Assembly (NCBI RefSeq): GCF_006345805.1
Contig: NC_043007.1
Coordinates: 58,714,001 to 58,778,000 of the forward strand
From: Octopus sinensis
Lineage: Eukaryota
Length of the DNA stretch: 64,000 nucleotides
Direction of reading: 5' to 3'
Position numbers and translations under genes: made by a program. Positions 49,712 through 62,200 of the stretch are shown here, piece by piece; position 1 is the stretch's first letter; the number at the start of each line of letters is the position of its first letter. The notes below the pieces were generated by a model. It was not told the DNA's origin. It did no database searches and saw only the letters and a list, made by a program, of their open reading frames with translations.

Positions 49712-50134
49712 CTTATTAAGATTATCTTCACAGATTTTCTTTTGTAATTATAGCCGACACTGATTTGTTACAATGTTTTGTATCTGAATATGTCTAATGT
49801 AAACAACAATGCAATCGAAGATGGAAAAAATGGGCAATGGGTATATATGCCATATTTCAGGAGTTTTTGCTCCTTTGTCAGCACCCCATCCAACCCATTA
49901 ACCATCCACAAACTCATTGCTTAAATAGCCACTAACTATAGTAGTGCAACACTTTGGATATAGCAGTTTTACATATTAAACTCATTCCTGACAGCCGGTA
50001 CATACATATTAATGATTTGAAAGCACAAATGTATTTTATTATGCAATTATAGTTTACTACAAAGTATATTAACTGTTTTATAAGTCAATATTGTGTTATT
50101 TAATCACTTGTTAGGTTATCTCCACAGATTTTCT
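49712..50134 (-). mobile_element. Retrozyme-like non-coding element, about 394-bp monomer with terminal redundancy (family C)
   Basis: Direct repeat ..TTATCTYCACAGATTTTCT ending at 49740 and at 50134 (period 394); no ORF; contains a hammerhead; second locus at 58608-59268. Confidence 0.7.
49829..49898 (-). ncRNA. Type I hammerhead ribozyme (family C)
   Basis: Minus strand: AATGGGTTGGATGGGGTG-CTGACAA-AGGAG CAAAAA CTCCT-GAAA-TATGGCATA-TA-TACCCATTGCCCATT. 5-bp stem II, near-palindromic stem III, about 14-bp stem I with an internal loop. One core change (G8>A). Confidence 0.75.
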
Positions 50135-52420
50135 ATTGAACAATAATGATTTTAAAAAAGTAGGACACTGCTACAGTTTTGGAGTAATGCTCTTGGCTTT
50201 GTAACTGATATTGTAAAATACTGAGTCTATATTCTGCTAAAATTTGGCTGCATTTAGTTTCACTGATACTAAAACTAGCTACCAATGCAAAGAAAATCAA
50301 AGAGCAGGATTAAGTCAGGGCTTGAAACTTTACTATCTGGGATGATATGATAACCAATGTGGTCCTCCTATGGACATGTTTTACATCTTTACCAATATAA
50401 AAAAAACATGGTCTTATGCAAAAGACCTGGTTTTGCTTGTTACATATTTAATAGAGTTGGTTGGGCATTCGACCATACAAGCACAGGAAAATGGATATAA
50501 AGTGTGAGAGGGGGAAAAAACAACTCCAGATGATGTTGAAAACAATCCAGAAGCTCCTGTTTGTTGTTGCTAAAAGATAAAAGTTACTGGTGCCTTTCTT
50601 CACACCAATAATTGAATAGTTAAATTTAGCGGCTATACAAATTTGGTCAAATCTAATAATTAATTGGACTGATCTGGTTTTACCGCTGTAAGTTACAGAC
50701 TGTCAAGTTAATTTCTTTGCTGCATTTTGTCAGTGTTTTGTTTTCTTAATTCTTATCTGATGAACTGGAGTATATTGTTCATATTTTACCCAAAGTATGA
50801 CACCAACATTAATTCACAACCCCTTCAGCAGAATTCTCCTCCTCTTCATCATCCTTATGTCCACTTTTCCATGCTTGTATGGGTCAGACAGAACTCATTA
50901 TGGCAGGTTTTTCTGTAGCCAGATACCCTTTCTGTTGGCAACCCTCATCAGATTCCAAGCAAGGTAACATTTCTCCAAGGCCAGACACATTTTTCGTGGA
51001 AGACCTCAAATGAACAGCATCACTTGTATGATAGTAACACTTGTTTAAAACCATTACATGATGTCAAAACAGAAGGAGACACACACACACACACAAATGC
51101 AACAGGCTTCTTACAGTTTCTGTCTACCAATTCCACTCACAAGTCTTTATTCAGCCTAACACTATAGCAGAAGACACTTGCCCAAGGTGCTGTGCAGTCA
51201 GACCTGAAGCCACATGGTTGGGAAGCAAGCTTCTTAATCACACAGCCATGCCTGTGTCTATGTTTGAATTGAATATGTTCATGTATTTGTTCAGCCATTA
51301 TAATTTATTCCTGTCTAAAATATTATCTGCAGCCATATGTTCTTATTTTTATGAATGAAATATTCTAAATGATTCTCAACTGGTAACATTATTGTATGTA
51401 TCATACAACGAATATTTTTTTTTCTCTACTACTACTACAACCAGTACTTTGAACATTTCATTGATTTTGAATTTATAACAGATGTTCTGAAAAAATGCTA
51501 AGGTAACTGTTAGTATGAAAAAATATTTTCCACTCAACATTCCAAATTGATTACTAAGTAAATTAAAAACAAGAATGCAAAACTGCCACAGTCTGCCAAC
51601 TCAACACCTGAAGGTAATAAGCTGAAATAAAATATTGGTCTAAAATTTGCTAAATTCAAATGTGTAGGTTTGCACAGCCAAAATATTAGATTTTATCTTT
51701 TTTTTTATTTACAAGTAATTACCTCCAGTCCTACCTCTATCTTTTTATATCTTTTAAACCTTTTCTCATACTCGTTTTTTTCCTTATTGTTTTATGCATG
51801 ATATATATATATATATATATATATAGGTGCAGGCATGGCTGTGTGGTAATAAGCTTGCTTCCCAACCACATAGTTTCAGGTTCAATCCCACTTGTGACAC
51901 CCTGAGCTGACCAAAGCCTTGTGAGTGGATTTGGTTGGTGGAAACTGAAAGAGAGACCAATAGAATAAGTACCAAACTTTAAAAAAAAGTACTGGGGTCG
52001 ATTCATTCAACTAAAAATTCTTCAAGGTGGTGGCCCAGAATGACTGAAACAAATGAAAAGATAAAAAGAAAAAAGATACACACAAATTTTTAATTCCCCA
52101 CTTTCTCAAAGTCACAATAAAGTGATTGCTATGTTTCAGCTAAACAAACATTATCTGTGTTACTTTATTAAGATTCTCTCTTGTATTGTCATCATTATCA
52201 TCATCACAGTTATAATGTCTATTTACTCCATGCCTCCTTGGCTAAGATGGGATTTGTTGTGCCTGAGTTTTCTACAGCTAAACCTTCTACCTCTCATCAA
52301 CCCTCATCTGTTCTTAAACAAGTCTGAACATGTTTTCATGGGAGATTGCAAGCAAGTTACTGCTTCTGTAAAGATTGTTTACAATTAGCATGCTGCATCA
52401 AGATAAGGACACACACACAC

Positions 52421-52463
<43 letters not shown>

Positions 52464-53097
52464 ATTTTATTTTATTTTCACCACTGACCAAATTCCCTCA
52501 CAAGGCTTTGATCAGCCTACGGCTATGGTAAAAGGTGCCACACAGTGGGACCCGACGAATAACGTGAGTTCATGGCTGTTTCCTGCACCAGCTTCACATA
52601 GAAGCCCCAGCCCATCCAAAGTGTCTTGGATTGCAGGACGGCCTGCTGCGCTTACCTCGGATCATAGGGCAACCTGCTGTGCTTGAGGAGACCAATTGAG
52701 TCAAGTGCATCAACATCAAAAAATCAAATTGAAATTGTAGTTGTGATACCTGTGCCGGTGGTATGTAAAAAGCACCATCCAAACGTGGCCGATGCCAGTG
52801 CCACCTTGACTGACTTCCATGCCGGTGGCACATAAAATGCACCAACCGATCATGGCCGTTTCCCAGCCTCCCCTGGCACCTGTGCCGGTGGCACATAAAA
52901 AGCACCCACCACACTCACAGAGTGGTTGGCGTTAGGAAGGGTATCCAGCTGTAGAAACACTGCCAGATCAGACTGGAGCCTGGTGCAGCCTCCTGGCTTC
53001 CCAGACCCCGGTCGAACCGTCCAACCCATGCTAGCATGGAAAACGGACATTAAACGATGATGATGATGATGATGATGATACCTGCTGCACTATATAT

Positions 53098-53600
53098 ACA
53101 GGGTGCATTGGGTAAATTGTCGCCATTTTATATTTTTAATTTCTGGCATGTGCATTATTTGTTTTTGATTTTGTCAACCACACAGTAGAGTAAGGTCAGT
53201 TGGACACTATCTGTGAAAAAAGCAGTACCATGATGCAATTCACTCTGCCAGAAATTTGAAAATTGCTGTACTACTTGGCATTCATGCTGGAAGCTCCAAT
53301 ACGAACATTCAGAGTGTTAGGGTGTCAATCTGAGGACAGTGCAGAGGATTCGGAAAGAGTTAGATGAGTTTAATGGTGATTATGAAGGTACAGCTGCTCA
53401 GAAAACTCACTCTGATCATCCTGATAGAACTCCTGAATTTGTTGGTAAGATCCAGACCATGATTGACAATGATCCCTCCAAGTCAATCAGGTCCATCACC
53501 AGGGACATGGGATTGACTGAGTTTCTTATCAGGCATGAAGACATTCAGTATTCCTTATACAAAATGAGAAAAGGTCAATTTCTATTTTAATGGCTAATTT
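53098..53600 (+). mobile_element. 5' part of a Tc1/mariner-superfamily transposon
   Basis: TA-CAGGGTG terminus; HTH-like fragment RTPEFVGKIQTMIDNDPSKSIRSITRDMG. Confidence 0.65.
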
Positions 53601-55344
53601 TAATAAGGAACTTTGAGTAATAAATCTATAGCAATTAAACATGTCAGCCTTTATTTACATACAGTTAACTATGCAAGCATTGGTTGTGTATTTCCAGAAA
53701 GTCAAGTGTGCATTGCTGGCACACTAACGTAATTTGTGGTAAGAAGCTTGCTTCCCAACTACATGGTTCCGGGTTCAGTCCCACTGTATAGCACTTTGGA
53801 CAAGTGTCTTCTGTTATAGCCTCAGGGCCAACCAAAGCTTTATGAGTGGATTTGGTAGACAGAGACTGAAAAGAAGCCCATTGTGTGTGTTTCTTTGTGT
53901 CTATGTTTATCCCTCACCACTGCTTGACAACTGGTGTTGATGTGTTTACATGTCTATAACTTAGCAGTTCAGCAAAAGAGATCAATAAAATAAGTACCAG
54001 GCTTAAAAAGTACTGGGGTAGATTCATTTGACTAAAAATCCCTCACGGCAGTGCTCCAGCATTGCCATAGTCCAATGAGTGAAAGAAGTAAAAGATAAAA
54101 GAAGATATGGTTACTGCTACTCAGGGTGTAATAAGGTGGACCCAGTTTATACTGTAAAATGGTTAATGATTGGAAGAGTGTCCTGCTATAAAAACCATAC
54201 CAAAAAAAAAAATAACAGCATGCACAATAAAAAAAAATGTTGGTCTATTTTTCACTTTTGTTTCATGTGTCAGGTAACAAAAGAGAGTAACAGGTGGTGA
54301 AGCAATGGACCTCTGCATGTGGCAACACAGAAGCCTGTGGTGTGTGGTGAAATGAAGAATAGTAGTGGGTGGTGAGACATTGTGAAATCTGTTCAAAGAA
54401 TGCCAACTTGGAAAAAATACTTGATGGTGATACTAATGTTGAATATCAAGGATTTTACCACAAAATGCCATTCTTACTATTTTCACTGATCACAGAATTG
54501 ACTTGTATATATTTTGAAATTTATCCATTTAGGGATTGTTCTTTTCAAGCTCCACATATAAGTCATGCTGGAGTGCATACATTAAATTTATAGTCCTTAT
54601 TGGTGACTTATCAATAGCTCACTAATTTTATTCTATTGACTAATCTGAACAATGTTCATTAAGTGTTCAGTACACTTCTCTGTTATCAAGAATGAATTGC
54701 AATAAAAGTGAAGAAAGCAGATATAGTAGGGGTGGATTAAATACTTTTTTAAGGCATCTAATTTCAACCTGCTAGTGTTGTATTGATGGTGAAATAAATT
54801 CTTTAATTATACCTGGGTCGAAGCCATCAATTAGATGCTCAAATTTACAAAGATTGATCTTATACTTGCAGATGATTTAAATTGTACTCACAGTGCACTT
54901 AACTCTATATGCCTCATTTCGCCAGATGTTAGAAATAGGCACCAGACTGTTAGGTAATATCACCTAAGTAGAACTGTCCTGACCAATAAGTGGTTTCCTT
55001 TTTGTTTGGTGCCATGAAACTAAAACTAACCATTAAAAATCCTTCCTGCCTTTCTGAGATAAGGAATTTTTCTGTACTGATATTTTTGTATTTCATGTCC
55101 TCATCTTATCAGTTCAAATATATTGGTATACATTAGGAATTCCTCTGGAATAATACAAACATTTATATTTCCTTCATTTGAAATTATGTATCATTGCTAT
55201 TAACTTCTTGTATAAATACACAATATACTACCTGGAAGAAGGTAAGATTTCATGGTATGTAGGTCAATAATTGAGAAAACTAAAAAAGAAAAGCCTTTAC
55301 ATTAATTAATTAGGTCTAATTTGCACTTTTTCTTTCCTTTACAG

Positions 55345-56441
55345 TGACTGGGATTTTTTCACGTGCAATAAAATTGTGTATTTTTGGCAATGAAATTGAA
55401 CCTGATGTTGAAGATGCTAGCTCAACCACAAAGGAAAATGTTCCAGAAGAGAAGCACTCTAATTATTGGAAGACAGTTATCCTTCTATTTTGTTTTGCTG
55501 GCCTACAAGGTTCTTATCTGACATGGGGTATTTTACAAGAACGGATCATGACCTTTCAATATGGAAAGACAGAAACAACACCTGGCGAATACTTCAAAAA
55601 TTCCACTTTCCTTGTTTTCTTGAACCGCATTTCAGCTTTCATTATTGCCCTAATAGTCATCACATTACAGACCCAACCAAGACTTACAGCACCTCTTTAC
55701 AAGTGTTCATACAGTTCTTTTTCCAACATTATGAGCAGCTGGTGTCAATATGAAGCACTGAAATTTGTCAGCTTCCCAACACAAGTTCTTGCAAAAGCTT
55801 CTAAGATTATACCAGTGATGCTGATGGGAAAGTTAATCTCAAAAAAATCATATGAATTTTATGAATATCTGTCCGCTGCAATGATATCAATTGGAGTAAG
55901 TATTTTCTTGCTGACTAGTCAAGATGTTACAAAACACAAGGATTCTGTAACAAACTTCTCTGGAGTATTGTTACTTGTTGGCTATATGGGGTTTGACAGC
56001 TTTACTGCAAATTGGCAAGGTGCTTTGTTCACTCAGTATAAAATGTCCTCATCCCAGATGATGGCTAGCGTCAATTTATTCTCTTGTCTTTTTACTGTTG
56101 TAGCTCTTATTGAACAAGGAGGCTTTGTTGAGTCAGTAGCCTTCATGACTAAATATCCGACTTTTATATTTCATGCAGTTATTTTAAGTTTATGCTCTGC
56201 ATTCGGTCAACTCTTTATATTTTATACAATTTCAAAATTCGGACCTGTGACTTTTACAATCATAATGACTCTGCGCCAAGCCTTTGCCATCTTCCTCTCT
56301 TGTATTATTTATGGACATCCCATCACACTACTTGGAATAATTGGTGTGGCTGTGGTATTCTTTGCACTGTTTCTAAGAATTTATTGCAATCAACGGAAAA
56401 AAGCACTTGCTTCTCGGCGTCATTCTAATAATGAAAGATAA
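55345..56441 (+). CDS. SLC35B2: PAPS transporter 1, large last coding exon (UAA/SLC35B family multi-pass membrane domain)
   Basis: Motifs [51 protein letters not shown] and GQLFIFYTI are PAPST1-typical. Pyrimidine-rich acceptor at 55344; phase 1 joins the previous exon (G+TG = Val); 433 aa from the ATG at 48862. Confidence 0.96.
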
Positions 56442-57259
56442 AGAAAGGTAAAAGAGTGCAAATATGAGACTGAACAAGATGCAAAGACAGATGAGACTAT
56501 TTTTCATTTGTAAAATTTGTGTTTTTTATTATTATTATTATGTTTTAAAAATAGTGATAGACTTGTCATTGATTGTTGGTTAATGTTGGAGTGTCAAGAT
56601 TACACAATGGTCCAAACATGCTGCATTGGCCCTAAACTCAGTCTTGGCTGCGTCATTTATTTTAAGCATTTATTGTGGACTGTTTTCATTTAGTTGGTCA
56701 TATTCACTTGGTGACATAAGGGATGAGGTTTATCTTGTTATTGCGGGGAGGTATATAATTTGGATTCATTTATTGTCCACATTTTGGGTATCTCTTGTTG
56801 CAAATCATTGTATTTGCTTGTTCCCCCTTTTCCTACTTATATATATATATGTATACATAAGATATTAGAATGTTATTGTAAAAGTACAAGAACATTGTTT
56901 TTATTTGGCAGATTTTGTTTGTCAATCTTCCATGACAATGTGGTATGGCATTTTAGCAACTGAAGTTCTCTGAAATTATTAGAATTATTGCAGAACTTGG
57001 TTCATTGAGCAAGGTTGGTCGCTGCTAATGTGAGCTGTGACTGTCATTTATCACTGACACGTATGCCTTGTACCCTTGCATATTGTCCAGTGTACCAATT
57101 ATTGCTATTACTGCTAGTAGCACCATTGTTGTTTTTAGTTTCTGCTTTACTTTTTTTTTCTTCACAAATCAAAATATCCTTTTGAGGGTATGAGCCTTTT
57201 ATTTCCCAAATTGGAAAAAGATTTATATCATTGTATTATTGGTTTAGAAACTATTACAT

Positions 57260-57325
57260 ATATAGACACACATGTGTATGTATATATGTGTATGTATATA
57301 TGTGTGTTTATATAAATGTATATAC

Positions 57326-57387
<62 letters not shown>

Positions 57388-57490
57388 TATATATATATTT
57401 ATATGTGTGTGTATTTGCATTTATGTATGTATCTATATATATATATATATGTGTGTATTTATATATATATTTAGATAGATAGATATAGAT
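57260..57490. repeat. Compound (TA)n/(TG)n microsatellite downstream of the SLC35B2 stop
   Basis: Directly visible. Confidence 0.95.
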
Positions 57491-58607
57491 GAATACAAGG
57501 ACAGGGAAAAATTTATCTATTTTTTTTCCTCTTTATTTTTATATTGAACTGCTATTTGCAAACGGATGTGTTATATGTGCAAGCAAATTATGTTATTTTT
57601 AAACTTATACATCATTGAGGGAACATTATAAACCAAAAACAAAAAAATTCGTCTTAAAATATTTTACCTTTTTTTTGTCTTCCATACTTATTAACTTTGG
57701 ATTTATTCTATAGAGATGGAAATTTTATTCTTTTAAATGACACCTTCATTTATTTTTGTTTGTATAAATCTACATACAGCCATAATTGTGCTGAACATGC
57801 TCCATGTATTTATATGAATAAGCACATACATGCAAAACTTACATACATCCATAGTCAGACATACAACTGAATTAATATTCATACACATCCACTCATTTTA
57901 ACTAAATGCAATCATCCACTTCAAAAACTACATATTTACTTGCACATACCCATATTTATTTTATATTGTTATTGTAATAAACAAACAAGAAACAAAAGTA
58001 TTATGGGATAAATAAACAGACAAAATTATGAAAAAGAAGGAAATTGCTAAAAGAGATATGATCTGCTTTTTTTTTTATTTTTTAATACATTTGATTTTAG
58101 ACATTCTAGGAATGTCATTTTGAAATTCAATGGTATATTTTTTATTTCACTTTTTGTCACCTTTTTTTAATATAATATATGTGAACATGTAAATTTAAAT
58201 CCAAATACTGGTTTTGTTGTTAATTTACATTCTCACAGCCCTCACCTTATTTCCCCCCACCCTCAGTATTTTGTGTATGTATATTTATTTTGGTGTTGAG
58301 TTGCTATTCATTCTAGTTATCTGAATTCAAATCCTAATGAGATAAAATTTGACTTTCACCCTACTCACCATTTTTTAGCCAATGCTACAAAAATGCATCC
58401 TGTACATTCTGTAAAGTGGTTGACATTAGGAAGGCCATTTGAAACCATGACAGTGCAGGTATTGAAGCACAATGCAGTCCTTGATGCATTTGGATCCTGT
58501 CAGACTGTTCAGCATGGGGCATAAATTGAAAAATAACAATGATACAGCAGTTTTAATGATTAAAGAGAACATTTCTAAAAGTCATCTGTGAAAGAAAAAT
58601 CATTTGT

Positions 58608-59268
58608 CTAATGATCTGTTGGTACGTGGTATTTCATTATGCAACCATAATATACTATAAAGTATATTAAATGTTTTTATAAGTCAATACTACATTCTAC
58701 TGTGTTTGCAGTGCTTTTTACATTATCTTGTTAAGGTTATTTATACAGATATTCTATAGAACTTATAGCCAGCACTGATTTTTGCTACAACATTTTATAT
58801 CAAGATGTCAGATGTAAACACACAATAAGATACGAAATGTTGTAGCAAAAATCAGTGCTGGCTATAAGTTCTATAGAATATCTGTAAAAATAACGTTAAC
58901 AAAATAATGTAAAAAGCACTGCTAAGACAGTAGAATGTAGTATTGCCTTATAAAAACATTTAATATACTTTATAGTATATTATGGTTGCGTAATGAAATA
59001 TAACATACCTAAAAATCATTAGTCTTTACATACCAGCTCTTGGAATGCATTTAATATGTAAATTGGTGCACCCAATAACTTAACACCACTGTATGTGGTG
59101 GCTATATAAGCAATGTGTTTGGAGACGAGAATGGGTTAGATGGGTGCTGATGAAGATCTTTTGTCTTTGATCTTATTGCTTGTTTACATCTGACATCTTG
59201 ATACAAAACATAGCAAAAATCAGCACTGGCTATACCATAGAATATCTGTAGAAATAACCTTAACAAAA
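58608..59268 (+). mobile_element. Second family-C retrozyme-like copy with an inverted 5' segment
   Basis: 58835-59268 is about 1.2 monomers (period 368) antiparallel to the 49.7-kb copy, with an intact CTGATGA at 59147-59153. 58608-58795 is the reverse complement of 58835-59022. Confidence 0.7.
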
Positions 59269-62200
59269 TCATATTTGTATTAAAGACACAAAATAGAAGA
59301 GAGCCATATAAATTGAGGACACTTTAGAAAATAAAGGAAAATATAAAAGTAGCTGAATACATTGAAATAACTATTGATTTTAATCCAGATTATTATACAT
59401 ATGTTACAGATCTTTTGTTTCATAAAGGGGCATTTTGATACTCTTCCAGCTAATAGCATTTAAGTTTAATGAGATTGGTGAGCAGGCAAAAATCATTAAC
59501 ATGACAAGCAAAATGCTTAGCAACATTTCTTCTTGCTTTATGTTCTGAGTTCAAATTTGGCTATACTCTTTATCCTTCAGGGCCAATAAGATAAGTATCA
59601 GTTAAGCACTGGGAATCAATGTATTTGACTGGCCTCTCCCCCAAAATTTCAGGCCTTATGCCTATAGCAAGAAGAAAAAAAATTTATTCTTTATACAAAA
59701 ACTGAGGAAAGATTTTGTTTTCACATAAAATATTTTGAATTTTAGACATAGCAGTAATAAAAGTTTTTTAATATTATTTGAATCTCATAGGAAATTTGTA
59801 GAATATTTTATAATGTACTTAGTTTTTCTCAGTATTAAAGATATATGTCTGTTGATTATTTAATAATTTTGTGAATCACTTATAGTACAAAGAAAACAAC
59901 AAATTAATTATTGCTCTCAGAAGAGCAGGAAAATGTTAAACCAAAAGTTTGCTGGTTCAGGATTCTTTAAACGCTTCCAAAGGAATAATTTATTTTTACT
60001 GAAAGATGTGCTAATAAAGATAACCAAGAAAATTCAATGATACTTGATATGAAGGCCTAGCAAAGGAAAAGGTGAATCATGAATTTATTGCAATCAGAAC
60101 ATCATCATCATCATTATCATTACAATCATTATTTAATGTTCCTTTTCCATGCTGGCATGGATTGGCTAGTTTGACAGGAGCTGACCAGACTTCAGTTGTC
60201 TGTTTTGACATGGTTTCTATGGCTGGATGCCCTTCCTAACACCAACCACTTTACAGAGTGTGCTGGATGCTTTTTATATGGCACTGCCATGAGTGCATTT
60301 TACCTGGCACTGGTTCTTGCGAGACAAAGACTTCTCAGCTGAGAGAGGGTGTGGGAACATGGCCATAAAGGACATGCCTGTATGTATAGAGATCTGCAAT
60401 TTCACTTAGTTTGATGTGTCTTCTGAAGTACAGCAAATCACCACAAGTCCCAGTCCCTTGTCATCTCTTCCATGAGGCTCAATATCTGGAGGTCCTTTCT
60501 CACTATTTTCTCCCATGTCTTCCTGTGTCTACTGCTTCCACAGGTTCCCTTCACAATTAGAGATCAGCACTTTAAGCTGCTATCCTTATCCATACACATC
60601 ACATGTCCATACCAGTACAGTCTTTTCACTTGCACACAACATCTAATGCTTCTTATGCACAGTTTTCTTCTTAAATCCTATATTAAAAATCATAAACAGA
60701 ATGAATCAGAATCAATATTGAATAAAATACAAACACCGTTCCACTGGTAAATGGGAAAATGTCATATGGTTTGATCAAAACCGAATTGACTGACAGGGAT
60801 AAAGGAGGAGAATTAAGATATACAACAACCAAGATTTAATCATTTAGTAAGGCTTAAAAGGATTTCATTTAAATCTCTGTTCTGCTTAAATGATGTCATT
60901 GTTTTTGGAAATCATAGAAGGTTCTATAAAATATAATGCATACTTTGTAAAAATTCATGATTTGTATATAAAAATTATAATAAAGTTCATCTCAATAATG
61001 AGCTTGCTAAGATAGCAGCATTTCTTTACATTCTGAGTTCAAATTCTGCCAAGGTCAGCTTTGCCTTTCACCCTTTTGAGGTTGATGAAATAAGTACCAG
61101 TTGAACAACAGGGCTGATGTAATTGACTTAGCCCCTCTCCTGAAATTGTTGGTCTTGTGCCAAAATTTGTGACCAATTATGAGCTGGACTTCAAACCTAA
61201 TTATTGAAAGTACAATAAATTACAAATCAATAACAAAAAAAAACTTTTTCAGCAACCATTAGTAAAAATTTAGTTTAACCCTCTAAATGTGAAATTAAAT
61301 TTTGTAGTTATTCTAGTAATGATGTTAAAAATCTACCAAAAGATAGCAAGTCATAAACTTGACACATCTCAAAAAGAAATAGTTTCAAAAATAACATTCC
61401 TCAACAAAAAATAGATTTGTATATAAAATTGCTTTCTGCAGTTAAGGGTAATGAAATTTGAGTGGATATATCTGATATCTGGAATAAAAGGGTTAAATAT
61501 GCAATAATTTCAGTTCCAATTTTGCAAAATTTAGTTGTGATTCAAAAGAGTAAAGGTAATGTAGATTATAACGAATATTACTGATTATTGATTCTTATTT
61601 CTTTAATAATTTTTGATAGACATTCTTAATTTGTTTCTGCACCTTTCCTTAATTGAGGTATTTTTAAAAAATATTTTTAATCAAGTAAAATATAATACAT
61701 ATTGTATCTTTGTACCAAAAATGCAAATCATTTATCCAGTGGAGATGACTGGAATAGTAAAACATTGGGACTAAATACAATGTATCACATTTTTATATCT
61801 CATAGTTCAAATCCCACTGGAATCAACTTTGTCTTCTATCCAGGTTAAAAAAATTTAGTATTAGTAATATCAAATCAATTCAGTATGTTCATTTTCCTTA
61901 CAAAGGTTGATCTTGTACCTAATCAAAAATCATTATTAATATTGTGTGGTTTCCATCTCCTCACTTCATAGTCAGCCCTGATTATGGTACAGGGTCAGCC
62001 ACTCAATTTCTTCATGATACAGCAGGTAAGATGGCAGATTCAAGTTTGTTGTACCACAACTTTCAAAATTTTGGGCCTTAAATTTTGTCCGATGAAAACT
62101 GTCCAACTACAAACTATCTCCTCAAACAGTTTCTGGACTAGTGATTTATTTTTACATTATATGAAGTCAGTTATTTGTGGAAGTATAGATATGAGGATCT

